This document shows positions 26,870-48,522 of a stretch of 64,000 nt of DNA, in pieces (the first letter of the stretch is position 1; every line of letters starts with the position of its first letter). The position numbers and the translations under genes are program-made. Origin of the DNA: the human T2T-CHM13v2.0 reference genome, Homo sapiens. The notes beneath the pieces are model-generated. The model did no database searches, was not told the DNA's origin, and was given only the letters and a program-made list of their open reading frames with translations. The DNA lies in assembly GCF_009914755.1 (NCBI RefSeq), contig NC_060947.1; one strand, written 5' to 3'.

Positions 26870-27430
26870 CTAGGATTGTAAATGTATCTGGTCTTTTTGG
26901 AGGACATTTTACCAGTATTTAAATATCAGATAGCTTCCATTGTTTTCCTGTCAAAAATTAAATGTGTATACCCTTTGACCCATCAATTCCATTTCTAGGG
27001 AATCTATTACTGCAGGATAATTCCCACAGGTACATAAATATGTACATACATAGAATTCATTGTAGTGTTGCTCATAAAAGTAAAAAATGGGAAATCTCCT
27101 AATTGCTCACACATAGTAAAAAAAAATCAAGCAACAGAGGCAGATCTATCTATACTGTCATAGATATTCAAGAAACATTGTTTAAAAAAGAATAAAGCAA
27201 GTTACAGAACGCACATATAACATGATCTCATTTATGTTTTAAAAATATTACAGAAGAATAAGTATCAAACTATCATCCTTGAGCACCTCTGGATAGGGGA
27301 AGGGGTAAAGGTAAGGAGGAGGTGCAGAATAAATTACTTTTTCATTTTATATTGTTGTATGGTTTAATTTTTCTTGTTTTACAAAAAGAATATAATCATG
27401 TGTTACTTACGTAATTAATATTTTTAAAGT
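26870..27430 (+). mobile_element. Old L1ME fragment
   Basis: aaatgtgtataccctttgacccatcaattccatttctagggaatctat...gcaagttacagaacgcacatataacatgatctcatttatg. Confidence 0.7.
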
Positions 27431-27605
27431 AAAATTATCCTTCAATAATCTCCAAAATATTAGTTTCAAGAGTCATAGATTCAGGAAAAAGAAACATGAG
27501 GTATTTGCATGTTGAATTAGGCATGTTAAACTATTATCAAGGGATACTACCCATTATTTCTCTTAAGACTTAGGCCAGTGAATTGTCTATTATTTCTTTG
27601 AGTAT

Positions 27606-28183
27606 TGTGGCACAAAGACCCTAAGATGGCCACCATATTTATGCCATTTTATAATCCCCTCCCTTTTAGTTTGAGTACAACCTGTAACTTCATTATAATC
27701 AATAGAATACAGCAAAGGTGGTGGGATATCACTCTCACAATTATATTACCATATACATATAGGACTCATTTTACTAGTATGTAGTAAAATTCTGCCTCTC
27801 TCTTTCTTTTTTTCTCTCTCTCTCTCTCTCTGTTGCTGGCTTAGACAAAGCTGCCATGCTGTGAGTAGACCTATGGAAAGGGCCACGTGACAAAAACTGG
27901 AGAACAGTCTCTAGTAGTTGAGAGTGACCCCTGGCTGACAGCCAACAAGAAAATAGAAACTTCAGTCCTATAATCAAGGGAACTGAATTCTGCCAAGAAG
28001 AGCATCATCAGATGAGACCTCAGTCCCAGCTGGCATCATGATTTCAGTCCAGTGAGACCCTGAGCAGAGGACCCAGTAGATGTGTCCAGACTTCTGATTC
28101 ATAGCAACTGTGAGATAATAAATTGCTGTTTTAAGTCCTTAAGTTTGTGATAATTTTTTACACGGCAGTGAAAAACTAATACA
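27606..28183 (+). mobile_element. MaLR solo LTR, MLT1E-like
   Basis: TG...aataCA ends with 5-bp TSD agtat/agtac. Contains ggctgacagccaacaagaaaa...gaactgaattctgccaa...gagaccctgagcagaggacccag and an internal (TC)n. Confidence 0.9.
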
Positions 28184-28309
28184 AGTACCTTGTTCTAATA
28201 TTCTGTCTGATGTCATACTAACCAGTGGAAGATAAGAGAAAGCACTCAATCAGCTATTTTGTTTACTACTTTCTGATACTAAACTACCACCAAATGCAGA
28301 CACCTGAAC

Positions 28310-28505
28310 TCTATAAATCACTTTCTATATGTTAGGCATCATCCTATACATTTACAGTTCTTACTCACACAACTTATCCTCACACTACTCCTGTGAAGTG
28401 GCCATAGATTAGGATATTGTGGCTTTAAGAGGGTACAAAATTTGCCCAAGGTGGCAAGGCTGGTAGTCAGCTATACCAGGATTTATACCCAAAGCCTGTG
28501 TTTAA
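28310..28505 (-). mobile_element. MIR SINE
   Basis: tatatgttaggcatcatcct...atcctcacactactcctgtgaagtgg...aatttgcccaaggtggca. Confidence 0.65.
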
Positions 28506-29282
28506 TGGGATAAAAAAGACTGAAAAAGAAACAATCCAATATTTTAAATCCCACTTCCCTTTCAGAAAATACTTCAAAAATATAGTAGATCTAATTCTAC
28601 CTCTTTTCCCCCAAATCTGTTACATTTTCCAGCCCTCATTTTCAGTGACTTAAAATAAAAACCCAGTTCAGAGTTATTATGCTAGAGCCTCACTACAATG
28701 TGGCTCATTATCACACAGCTTTATATATTCTGCCATTCACATAATTTCCTTTTTGATTTATACCTGAATAAGGTAGTGGCTGGAAACCCATGTTATAGGT
28801 AGTTCTGTTCCTTAATATGAGAAGATTGGTGACTTTTTAAGTTCATACAGGCTTTCTATTAAGGAAGTAAACTCTACAAAACTAAAAAGCCAGGAGCACA
28901 GAGCCGCACACTAGGATATGGCACTATCAATGTAATCATCAATAGGCAGGTTGAGATAAACATCATACTGACAGGATATGTGCTGAAGAAGGCCAGAGGA
29001 GGAATGACTCGATTTTATTTTTCCCATGGGCAAAGGCAGAAACGGTGTCATGATGAACAAATTAAAGTCCTACCACAAAGCATTTGTACAATGTGCCATG
29101 CCAGAAAGCAAAGGGCAAACCACTAATCTCAGCGGATAATAATTAGAAAAAACACAATAGAAGAAAAAAAAACAAGAATACTAGGATGAATGGATGTTAG
29201 GAAATATCACTATCAATTGTGATGACTCTTCTAGAATATGCATTTTGACCGATTTTATAGAGTGTGATTTTTCTAACCACAG

Positions 29283-29508
29283 GCATTTAGAATTGGCATT
29301 CAAACACTATGAGAGCCAAGTTTAATTAACTTAAACTTCTGAATAAAGAGACAGCCAGAGAGCAAGAAGAACTTCCAATGCTATAGCTACAATTTGCTGC
29401 AATTTGCTGTTCAAACTGCAGAATCATATGCACTGCTGTTTTTATTGCCTCTTCACTTTATCAGCCAAAAATTGTTGACACATCAACAAAACGATCTCTG
29501 TGATCAAA
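29283..29508 (+). pseudogene. Candidate fossil exon, HLELAFKHYESQV/LKLLNKETAREQEELPML*LQFAVQTAESYALLFLLPLHFISQKLLTHQQNDLCDQ after removing small duplications
   Basis: Acceptor gatttttctaaccacag. The two main frames join when the 10-bp tandem duplication caatttgctg (29390-29409) is collapsed. Donor gtttta is weak. Confidence 0.3.
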
Positions 29509-30229
29509 GTTTTATCCCATCTATGACTTTCTCTCTTCTTTTCTGTTTTCCTGTCTGAATCAGTACAATATCTAATTTGGCCCCTGAGATCAGAGACTGA
29601 GGTCAAGAGGAAAATCTTGACCTTTATAAATCACTCTCTGTATGTTGGGCACTGCCCTATGCATTTACATCCCTTATCTCAGTCCTTATTTACAGGGCTC
29701 CAGGAGAAGTCCTTTGAATGATATAGGATAATACAAGAGTATAAATCAGATTATTCTTGAGGAATTAGAAAACTTTCAGTTTAGACTTGGTAATTTTAGG
29801 ATAAGAATGGGTAGAAAAGAAAAGTATCTAAGGGGCATGTATGTGCATATGCATATAAATACACAACACAATAGCAAACTTATGACATTTAGGAAATCCA
29901 CAATCAAGCTCAAATCTCCCTGTCCCAATGTCCATCTCACTATTCTACTTGAGCTATCTTTTCATATTGGCTCAGAGCATAATCCTCAAGTGAAATACTG
30001 GGTCCTTGCTTCTTGACTTATCCAAAAACCATTTAACCTTGAGAGCTGCTTCCTCTGTGCAGCCTTCCCTGATGATCCAACCCCATGAAGTAATCCTGAT
30101 TGCTTCCATTTCTCCATTCACAGTCCATTTCTATCATATGATCATCATATCATACCTTGCACTATTTACTCTTTTAAGTAAGTGTGCTATCTCCTTAGCT
30201 AGACTATCTTAATTACTTGAGGGCTGGGA

Positions 30230-32520
30230 GCTCACAGTTCAGTGAAAAGATAAACATGCCAACAAAGTTTTTGAAACACAATGTAAATATGTTTTTTTCA
30301 TAGAGATAAACGATACAGAATGCTCTAAGGTAAAAAACCAAGGTGACTTACCTTGTGAGATTTAGAGATCTACAGAGGAGCTGCTATCTGAACTGGCTAT
30401 TGAATAGTGCTTAGAAGTTTGCCAGATACAAAGGAAAGAAATTGACATTCTGGGTAAAAGAAGCTGTCGGTCTGGAGTTGAGAAAGTGTGTGGTGTAGTT
30501 GGAGAAAAATGAATAAAGTTACCTGTAGAGTTTTAAGATGTTGGAAAGGTAGGTTGAAGCTAGGCTTTATGGAGTAAAAAGTTTATCTGAGAGTACAAAG
30601 GATAGTCGTTGAGTTTCAAGAGGGGACAAGTATGGAAAGATTTGCATTGGCTAAGGTATTTATGGTGACAGTATAAAAGCTTGATTGGATTTGGGCAGGA
30701 CTGAAGGTAGAAAAAAAATCAGGTAACTATTATTATATCACATGTGAAAAATTATGAGGGCTGGAGGTAAGGCAGAGGTGAAGAAGATGGAGAAAAAGGA
30801 ATATGTTAGAAATGGAATTAGGAAGTAGAGTTATTAGAATTTGGAACAGAATTGGAGGCAGGGGAGAAGAAGAAGCCTAGAATAAATAAAAAAATGTATA
30901 TATCTTGAGAGACTGAGTAGATGTTGATGCCATTAACTAAAACAAGGCATTCAGGAAGAAGAGAGGGTACTGAATTAATGCTGGTTGTGTTGAGTTTGAA
31001 AAACATACAAGCCATCTAGTAGATATCCAATATGCAGTTAGAAACGTTCTGGAAAAAAGTAGGGACTAGAAATCTAGACTGGGAAGCCACTGGCAGTGTT
31101 TAAAAAACATAGATACGGATGATACTTCTCAGAAAAAGAGTGCAAGGAAGAAAAGGTCCGAGGACAGATATCTGGTGAACACTGATACCTTTCAAGGGTG
31201 GAATGAAGAGAAAACATCAGTGAAGGAGTCTAAAAAGACTGGATAGCCCAGATAAATCATTTTTCTTAAGGGAACAATTGTACAATTACACAAACTTCTA
31301 CTAAAAGTAGGATGAGACCTAAAATGAGGACTGGATTTAGCCATAATCTCAACGATGATCTTTAGGACTGTAATAGCCTGGTGGAAATAGAAGTCAAATT
31401 ACATTTAATTTATTCAACAAATACTCATTTTGTTCCTGCTATGTGTCAAACTTCGTTTTAGTTGATAAGAATTCAGGCAAAATCCTTGCCCTATGGAGTT
31501 TATATTCTATTGGAGAAGGCAGATAATTAATAAGAAAAATAAGTCAAAGCATGTTAGATATTGACAAGGGCTAAAGAGAAAGTTAAAGCAAGAAAAGAGA
31601 AAAGGAAGTAATTGTGTGGATACAGTATCTGAAGCTGTGATTTTAAATAATGTGATCATGGAAGGCCTCACAGAGTACGTCATATTTGGGCAAAGGGCCG
31701 GAAAAAAATTAGTAGCAACCCATGAAAACTGAGGACTAAATGGTAAATGAGGAAGTATTTATGAGGGAATAGAGAGATTAATAATGCAAGCGAGAAGGCA
31801 TTGAAAGTGTAAGCTCCAGAGGAGGTGGGGAGTGTATGGGATCAAAAACACAGAATGAGAGTTGACAATGAAAAGGGGAAAGGACATTTCTTACTGTGAA
31901 ACATGTGGTAAGACTAAGTATAAATAGAGGTATATTTAGTGTAGGGTGGCAGGGAATAGAGGGGACTTCATGATTGATGGCCTTTATTTTTCTATGAGGT
32001 AGAAAGCAACATTTTCTGCTGTCTGCGAAGGTGTGCGTGGAGTAAATATTTCAGAGACAATATCATTAGTGCAGTAAGAATGGGGAACTAGAATGGGAAC
32101 TGACTTAAGAACAAAAATCGAGACAGCTGGGCAGTTTTAAGGGCTTGGCTGAAGTTGGATATTATGAATTTGCACTGGCACCAGTCAATCAGGTATGTGA
32201 TTTTCTTTGGCAGAAGCAGTATAATGAAAGAAAGAAGAAGAAGGAAAAATGAAAGAAAACATCAAGGAAAGCTGATTAATGGTTGAGGATTGGCAAGATG
32301 GTGCAACTACAAGAGTGTCAATGAGTTCACGGTTGAAATAGGGTAAGAGAGAGAGCCTGAAAAGGTTTACGAAATAGATAGGTAGCTAGGGAGGTATGAG
32401 GGCCTTGATGAGACCAGAAGTGATTCAGTGAGAGTGAAGGAGGGGGAGAAGAGGAAATGAATTGTGGAAATGGAGTGAAGGCAATGATTATTGGCCAGAG
32501 AGAGGTCAAGAAACTATGAA
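30230..32520 (-). mobile_element. L2 LINE, long degraded antisense stretch (probably with a nested L2 3' end near 31405-31730)
   Basis: Purine-rich tract with gttgatgccattaactaaaacaagg...gttgagtttgaaa...gatatccaatatgcagttag, and atttattcaacaaatactcatt...ctgctatgtgtc. Confidence 0.75.
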
Positions 32521-32564
32521 GTTAGGGTTTCAGATGAGCTGCCTGTCAGAAAATAGAGGCAGAT

Positions 32565-32898
32565 AAAATGGAAAGAAATAATGGTATTTGCAACAACTTG
32601 GATGGAGTTGGAGACCATTATTCTAAGTGAAGTAACTCAGGAATGGAAAACCAAATATAGTATGTTCTCACTTATAGGTGGGAGCTAAGCTATGAGGATT
32701 GAAAGGCATAAGAATGATATAATGGACTTTGGGGACTCAGGGGAAAGGGTAGGAGGTGGGTGAAGGATAAAAGACATTGGGTACAGGGTACACTGCTCAG
32801 GTGACAGGTGCACCAAAATCTCAGAAATCACCGCTGAAGAACTTATCCATGTAACCAAACACCACGTGTTCCCTCAAAACTACTGAAATTAAAAAGAA
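32565..32898 (+). mobile_element. 5'-truncated L1PB-like 3' end
   Basis: gagaccattattctaagtgaagtaactcaggaatggaaaacc...ggtgcaccaaaatctcagaaatcacc. 17-bp TSD agaaaat(a/g)gaggcagat at 32548-32564 and 32899-32915. Confidence 0.92.
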
Positions 32899-33983
32899 AG
32901 AAAATGGAGGCAGATTATTTCAGACAGATATTTTTCCTAACAGAAAAGTAGATTTATCAGTCCAAACCAAAAATAAGGATGAGTATAAGTCTAGCACATA
33001 TAGTATCATTCTTTTGGCTTAAGAAACATTAAAATACCAATTATAAAAAGTTTACTGCAACAGGACAACAGAAAATATATTTCATAAATACTATCTGGGA
33101 AAGAAATTTCAAAATCTTAAGACATAACTTCAAGTAAACACAATACTCTAAACTGTTGTTTGGAAAAATAGTGGAAAACATTTAAGTTTAAGTAAAGATT
33201 TTCAAAATAGAAAAATGCACTTACTCCAGGCAAGTAGGAAAAACTTATTCAATAAACATGAGTTCAACTGTACTGCATTAAACTCTGCCTGGTAGGATAA
33301 TAGAAAAATGTAAAATTGAATTGGATTAAAAATTATCTTTTTCGCAAATGGACATGTAATAAATATTTTATACTTGGAGACTGAATGGTAGCCAACATCC
33401 TCTAAAGAAAACAAAATCATTTATTCAAGTCCAGTTTATAGTCTTATTACCTATATAATTTTCATTATTGTTATTTTGAGATGTTCTGGCTTAATTAAAG
33501 TTATTAGTGCCCGTGAATAAGTGCAAGTGTATTTGGCATTTCATAGGTCTGTGATACTTTCATATGTTTCGCATTTGACAACAGGGATCTAAGCTTTTAT
33601 GTATTTACTTTCATAAGTCATAATTCTTAATTGAAATAAGGATAAGCCTTCACTATAGAAGTATATTCTACACTTTTATTTATAATTTTTCTGTCTTTTC
33701 TCTTTTCTTACCTGATTTGGGAATTATCTATTTACAAAGTATATACACAAAACCAATTTTCTGAGCCATTATTGGGCATGACTTAAGTGTACTACTTTGT
33801 GTGAAATTCTCCACCCACGGCATTAATAATCCCACACAAAAAAGACCAAAATGAAGTGCTTGATTGAGCTTTTATGATTAACCAGGCTGGAAACATAGAC
33901 TTAAAAAAGAATAGCATTTGAATAAATAAAATAGAGATGTGTAACAAGAAAGGTTCTACTACTTTCACTTTCTTCCTTTTTAG

Positions 33984-34072
33984 GGTTCCTTGAATCCTTC
34001 ATTGTGTGTGGTTATTGCTTGATCTTCATTTTGCAATCTACAATTAAGTTCTCTGAAAGTGCAGGGTAACAG
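33984..34072 (+). pseudogene. Candidate fossil exon (phase 1-0), xFLESFIVCGYCLIFILQSTIKFSESAG*Q
   Basis: Very strong acceptor actttcactttcttcctttttag, donor CAG|gtaaag, one TAA at 34067-34069. Confidence 0.4.
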
Positions 34073-35189
34073 GTAAAGAGGAAAGAAGCAAAGTTGAAGT
34101 TTCTGCCCGTCTCTATAATTCAGTTTGGTGTTTCCTGTCAATTGTACATCTTGGATTCTTCTGGAAATGACAGCCACAAGTACAAAAGAGACAGGAAGAT
34201 TGTGGAAGTGGAAAAATAAAGAAAAGAGGAAAGGAAGATTTGTGTATAGAAGGTAGGAAGATACTTTGGAGGAGTTTTCCCAACTTGTATGTGTTTGTGG
34301 AGAAGTGTGGGAAGAGAAAAAGGAAGAAAGTCAGCAATGAAGTCACCATAGGAAGAGAATAAGAGTACCCTTCTATTTAGGAGTTATGAAGGAGTGTTGG
34401 GTACGGTGGTGGGAGTTTCAGTTTGTTTTTTTTTAATAGGTCACCAACACATGTAATATTATCATATTGTGTCCTATAGACACATTTTATTCACTGGCAT
34501 TTCAATTCCGACTGCCAATTTTCCTTCCTTCTAGAATATAAGCTGTTAAAGCCAAATTTAGAGAAGTGAGTCATATGAGAAATGAGTCTGAACTGTCTTT
34601 CATGTTATTCTATCACTCTCCATGGGAATATTTTGCTTATACTTCCTTGGGACTTGTCATTCTAGAGAAATCATGTCACCTTAAGGCATCCTTTAAAATA
34701 CAGAGGGAAAGGTCCATTTAAGTTATATACATTAGATTAAAAGACCTTAAACTATTAGATGAAAACATTAGATCAAAAAACTTAAACATTATATTAAAAT
34801 GCCCTAAATTCCTTATAATGCCTTATATTTAAGTGGTACATTTTACATTCCTAGTACAAAAGAAATGTTATGAGTCATAATAGGAAAGTTAATTCCCAAG
34901 AGAAGGGAATAATATTCATAGCACAGTTACTCTTACTGTTCTGAAGGTAATGAACTATACCAGTAATTATTCTTTTGCTTCTAAAGGTCAGTAGGTTAAG
35001 AATGGAGGTGTCAACATAGGGGCTTTTTATTATTCACCAACATTTGATGGGTATCAACCAATAAAATAAAATACCATTCTTTAGTCATTGCCTCAGAAAG
35101 ATGAGATGAATATTTCTGGACACAGAATGTGTTCTGGTCTCTCTCCTATAACAGAACTTCAGATTTGAAATCTGAAGTTTACAAAATTT

Positions 35190-35480
35190 CAGATAGTGAC
35201 GTGGTAGTGGGTTGTGAAATCAATGTATGGGTCATGTAATGTACATTTAAAACAATAGACTATAATATGACAGGGTAGATTGGATAGGGTAGAATAGAAC
35301 AGAAAAGGTTAGGATAGACTAGAATAGGATAGGCTATCACAGTGCACTGCATATAGTAAGCATAAACACTGTTTTGTGAAACTTTTGTTTAATACATACA
35401 CATAAATTATGTATGTACTGGGTTGTGATGAAAAATGTATTTCTTATGAGCCCTGGCCATAAAAGGTCGGAAGTCACTGT
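35190..35480. mobile_element. hAT-Charlie non-autonomous element (MER112-like)
   Basis: tagtgggttgtgaaatcaat...ttttgtgaaacttttgttt...tactgggttgtgatgaaaatgtatttctta...aagtcactg. Confidence 0.7.
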
Positions 35481-35711
35481 CTTATGAGCTGCCTCTACAT
35501 CTCACAGATAGTAGAGAAAAATTTTTCTTAGGACCACAGATATGATCAGATTATTTTCATCTGAGGGAAAACCACATTTATCATATTCTCAGTAGAACAT
35601 ATAATTATCAGCGGGGAAAAATAATTTTTATCCAAGATGATAAAAAAATTGACAAGATGGAACATTAGAAAATTAAAAGAAAACAAATAGAACACTCTCT
35701 GTGAAATCAGA

Positions 35712-36162
35712 AGGGCAAAAGTGGAAACAATCCAAATGTCCATCAACTGGTGAATGAACAAACAAATGTGATATCTCCACGCAATGAGCCATTATCTGGC
35801 AATTAAAAGGAATTTAACTGATGTGTTATGACATAGACAAATTTTGAAAACATGCAAAGCGATAAAAGCCAGACACAAATTGACAAATATTATATGATTT
35901 AATTTGTATGACATCTCCAGAATAGGAAAATCTGTAGAGACAAAATGTAGATTAGTGCTACTTACAGTTGGGGGATAAAGGAGTAGGAAGATGACAGCTG
36001 AGTGTAAAGGGTTTTTGTGAGGTGATGAAGATGTTCTAAAATTGATTGTGGTGATAGTTGCACCACTCTGTAAATATAATAAAAACCATTTAATTTTACA
36101 TTTTAAATGAGTGAATTGTATGATGTGTGAAATCTATCTCAATAAAGCTGTTAAAAAAAAAA
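35712..36162 (+). mobile_element. L1MB-like 3' end
   Basis: gtggaaacaatccaaatgtccatcaactggtgaatg...ctaaaattgattgtggtgatagttgcacc...atctcaataaagctgtt followed by poly-A. Confidence 0.9.
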
Positions 36163-36663
36163 CCCAAAACCAGAAGCAATCAAATATTTACCTTTTCCTA
36201 GTCACTCACAAATGAAAGGGTAGTAACTGATATACATACTAATGCATGTGCATGTGTGTATACACATGCACAAATATAGAAGAAAATAAAGAAAAAGACA
36301 AAATATTCATATCCATACTTCAAGATAAAATTCAAATATTACATTCTCTGTGAAATCCTCCTAGATTTCTCCAGCTTATTTTCTTTGTGCTTCTAATGCA
36401 TGCATTTTACATACACCTATTACAAGGCTTACTACATTGCACTATAATTATCTATTTATATGTCTACTCCCTTACTCTGCCCACTGATTATGAACTTCTC
36501 AAGGTCAAGGAAAATGTCTAATTATTTATTTCTGGATTCTTAGTCCTTTGACAAATGTTTGTACAATAAAAAATTGTAGTTTTGAAACAAATTCTAATAC
36601 ATGCTAACAGATGTTTTCACTTTAAATTTTAGAAAGCATTTTTTTCGACTTTATATCTTCCAG

Positions 36664-36995
36664 ACCCTTCAAATGACTTTACTCACTGAATCAATTCTGG
36701 ACATGAATAACGACTTGAAGAAATCATCTGATGAGCTTGCTCTTATAGAACTCTTCCACCACTTGGCACTTGCTCACTACCTAACTGGCATTTGGTTTCT
36801 CTCAGTGTGGTTTATTTCAGTAATCTTACCTAATGAATTGGATTGACCATGCCATGATCCAATCAAAGCCATGGTGATTGGCTGTCTTGACAACTGGGAA
36901 AAAATATTGATCTTATTCTGGTCAATTGGCTGAGTTATATAGAGATAGGTTAATAATGTCATCAGAATTACTCTTATCAGTATCATTAAGTCCAA
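36664..36995 (+). pseudogene. Candidate fossil exon (phase 0 start), TLQMTLLTESILDMNNDLKKSSDELALIELFHHLALAHYLTGIWFLSVWFISVILPNELD* followed by further stops
   Basis: Acceptor actttatatcttccag, donor AA|gtaagc. 60 open codons in the phase set by 34072 (ORF 36601..36846). Confidence 0.4.
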
Positions 36996-37651
36996 GTAAG
37001 CAAGCTGCTAAGCTGTGAGCACATCTGTAATCCTTACATTCCCCTTATCTTCCCACTGTCTCTCTCCTATAAAAGTGCCTTGTTCACAGAAGGAATTTTT
37101 AAATGTTTAATAACCTAAAAGGTCTCACAAAATGGTAATGATATTTCATACGATATCTGAAGCAAAGCAAATTCAAATATTTCAGTTAGTTATTTTTAAG
37201 TCATCAAATGATTCTTTTTTTTTTTAACACACTGGCATATGAAACATGCTGCACATTTATACAGGGAAATCTTGTCATAATGGCTTGTTCTATAGATGAT
37301 TAAGACTGCAACATTTATATTTAATAGTCCCAATCATATATTTATGATGAATTTTGCTATTTTAGAAAATGTTTTCCAGAAGAAATTCCTTCCTCTTCTG
37401 AGTCAGTGGAACTAAGTTTAACCGAATTTCTTAGAAAAATTCCTCTTTTTTGTAAATATGTTAATCATTTCCAATTTAATGTTTTTATCCTTTGGCTAGA
37501 GGTACCTGGTAATTTAAATATTTTTGGAGTCTAGATGAGCAATTAAACATTTTAAGGCTTGGATTTGATATGGGGAAGAGTATGTAGGGAAACATTTATT
37601 GCTATTTAGTATGTACACTATTCTCAAAATGTGTTAAAAATGTTTGAGGTT

Positions 37652-37953
37652 GGCCAGGCGCGGTGGCTCAAGCCTGTAATCCCAGCACTTTGGGAGGCCG
37701 AGGCAGGTGGATCATGAGGTCAGGAGTTCAAGACCAGCCTGGCCAAGATGGTGAAACCCCATCTCTACTAAAAACTACAAAAATTAGCCAGGCACGGTGG
37801 CAGGCGCCTGTAATCCCAGCTACTCAGGAGGCTGAGGTAGGAGAATCACTTGAACCTGGGTGGCAGAGGTTGCGGTGAGCCAAGATAGTGCCACTGCACT
37901 CCAGCCTGGGTGACAGGGTGAGACCCTGTCTCAAAAAAAAAAAAAAAACAAAA
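37652..37953 (+). mobile_element. Alu (AluSg-like)
   Basis: ggccaggcgcggtggctc...ggatcatgaggtcaggagttcaagaccagcctggccaagatgg...poly-A, with a degenerate TSD around gtttgag. Confidence 0.97.
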
Positions 37954-38900
37954 AGAAAGTTTGAGTTTATTTCTTTATTATCCTGATGATAACTGTGGAA
38001 GTGTAATGACAATATAATAACATTTTAGGTTTTGCAAAATACACGGGATACATATAACCAGTAATTTAAGTCATATTCATAATGCAGTTCCTTGAGAAAG
38101 GATCCTGCCTGGAGCAAGTGTTTATGGTTTTCTTATGTCCATATCCCTCTTGGGTTAATTAAAAGTGCTATTTTATCATATCCAAGTTGGAAAATGTGAC
38201 ATTTAACATGACCAATTTATTTAACAGAAAAAGATGAACAAATTGCTGACCTAATATTTGTGAGTCATATTTCACATATTTGTATTACACACCTATCACA
38301 TGGAATAAGAGTTGTTTGATGAAACAAAAACCACAGGAAATTAGGAAAGAAATAATGCTAAATATTTTTCCTTCAGTAAACACAAATTCCCCCTTTCCTA
38401 TAAATGAAGTAAGCTTTAACTGAATAAGAGAGAGAGTCCACCTTAAATAAACCCAACAAGCAAAAATCTCGAGTTATGAAAATCGTGAAATTTAGGGGCA
38501 GGGTAATTATTCACATTATAATGTGACAAGATTTTCTAAAAGACTCCTCTACATAGTGACCTCACACATTAGGTAAAGCTATAAAATTATTTGCGTACAG
38601 GACTTTAGGAACATACCCCATGTATGTAATGAGAGACAGCTGAATCTCAACTGAGCACTTAACCCACATTCTTATACCAGCTGGCAAGTTCTCAAATGTA
38701 CAATGGAAGAGAGTAGTGCTACGGCATTAAAGTTACAAGACCTGTAACCATATTATTGGAGAGTGCTTTTCTGGAGCAAAACAAAAATTGAACTGGCATA
38801 AAGAAGGAGAGAGCCAGAACACTGAAGAACATGCAGCAGTCTTTTCTCATCCATATCAGGATGGTGTAATAAATTACTCTCTTCTCTCTCATGCTGTCAG

Positions 38901-39094
38901 GAGAAAACGATGTTTAGATTAAACCTCGCTAAGGACTAAAAGGATAATTTGTCAGTATTTTCCAGTTTACTACCAATGCAGTATTGATTTGCTAGGGTCC
39001 TTCTTCCTATGTTATTTACACTAATTCAATCTGGAACAACTGAAACCCAAGTTGTTGGAAAGCAAGATATTTCTTTAAATCTCCCAGACCCAAG
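38901..39094 (+). pseudogene. Candidate fossil exon (phase 0-2), EKTMFRLNLAKD*KDNLSVFSSLLPMQY*FARVLLPMLFTLIQSGTTETQVVGKQDISLNLPDP
   Basis: Acceptor ctcttctctctcatgctgtcag, donor AAG|gtataa, two stops. Confidence 0.3.
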
Positions 39095-39303
39095 GTATAA
39101 AGTACAAAAAAATTATTATTTCTAGTTCTTGTGGGTAAAGACCAACCGCTTCGTTGGAGGCAAGTTATTAGAGAAAACCACTTTTCTCCTGAGATTTACC
39201 TTGGGCTAATTTCTTTTTATAAAATTATGATTCTTGGGAGAACGTGATAAAAAAAAATTCTGAATGCCTGCCCAATTTAGCAGACTCGTGATTCTAGTTC
39301 TAG

Positions 39304-39380
39304 GCAGCTGCTTAGAAACGAGAAGTAAAACAGAAACATCTTGATAAACCTTCTTGTGGCTGAAGCTGATAAAAATGACA
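39304..39380 (+). pseudogene. Candidate fossil exon (phase 2-1), RQLLRNEK*NRNILINLLVAEADKND
   Basis: Acceptor ttctagttctag, donor A|gtatta. Phase fits 39094. Confidence 0.22.
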
Positions 39381-40586
39381 GTATTAGTTTGATATACAAA
39401 TGACAGAGCTTAGGGACAAAACTACACTGAGGCACAAGATAAAATTACTTCCCAAATCCTTACTTCTCCCTATGCAAGTTATACAAATGAGCAAACAGTA
39501 TCCTATAACATCCAGAAATAAAACAAAAGCAACTAAAGGTTAAAATAATTTATGTATTGAGGGCGAGTAAAAATATATATCAAGTACTTAATCCATGGAG
39601 CTAGCATTGTCTGTCTACCTTCCTTATCTTTCTGTTTTTTGGTTGTTTTTGTTTTGTTCTGTTATGTTTTGTTTTTGCTTCCTGGGGTACCTAAATGTCA
39701 GCTGTGGCATTGTTTTGACTGCAAATAAATATGGGAGGACTGGTAAAAATGTCATGAGTTTATGGGTTTATGATTCTTTTAAGGCTGAAGTGCTGAACTT
39801 CCATTTGCCACACTTTTCAACCTCTACAGATATTTCCTCAAACTCCGACATGATTCAGGATTAGTAAAATCTCACTTTAACACCTTATTCTTTCTTATTC
39901 TAGTCTTACTTTAGGTGTGACTACCCTATAGATCCACATTTATTAAAAACTTTGATGGGATTGATTGATCATTCTAATTGGAATGCTTTCTAAAAAATCA
40001 ATTGATGCATTATTGGATAAAATATGATTATATCTTCATAAACTAAAATTTCAATAGTTTTTACTGGAATTACTAGGGAATTTAGTCAGATGACATATTA
40101 ATTTAGGCAATGTCTTATATGAATCGACCTATTTGACAATTTTGATCAACTTGCTTATTTTCATAAATCACTCAAAACAATACATGCATGTGCTTATTTA
40201 TTTATTTATTTATGGACATTCAATCAATTGGTATTTGCTATTTCCTTGTCTTAAAATGAACTATGCTGAGTATAAAGTTCTTCTACAACACTCATTTGAC
40301 TAATTGTGATTGAATGTGGTTGTGTCTACATGCATTGATTTGGCATATCAATTGCAACTATTTCTCCATGCACAAGTTAGCTTGAATATATTACCATAAG
40401 GGCCAGTATAGTCATCATAAACTGAAACGGAACAAATCCAGGAAACCAGAAAATAGGTTTCACTGATTCAACTATTAAGAGTTTAAAAACTACTGACTTC
40501 ATCGAGCTGATTGACCAAGTCTTTCAGAAACCAAACTGGCTTACACATATAAACAAAGCCTTTAAAAATCAATTGTGCAAGAAATA

Positions 40587-48522
<7,936 letters not shown>

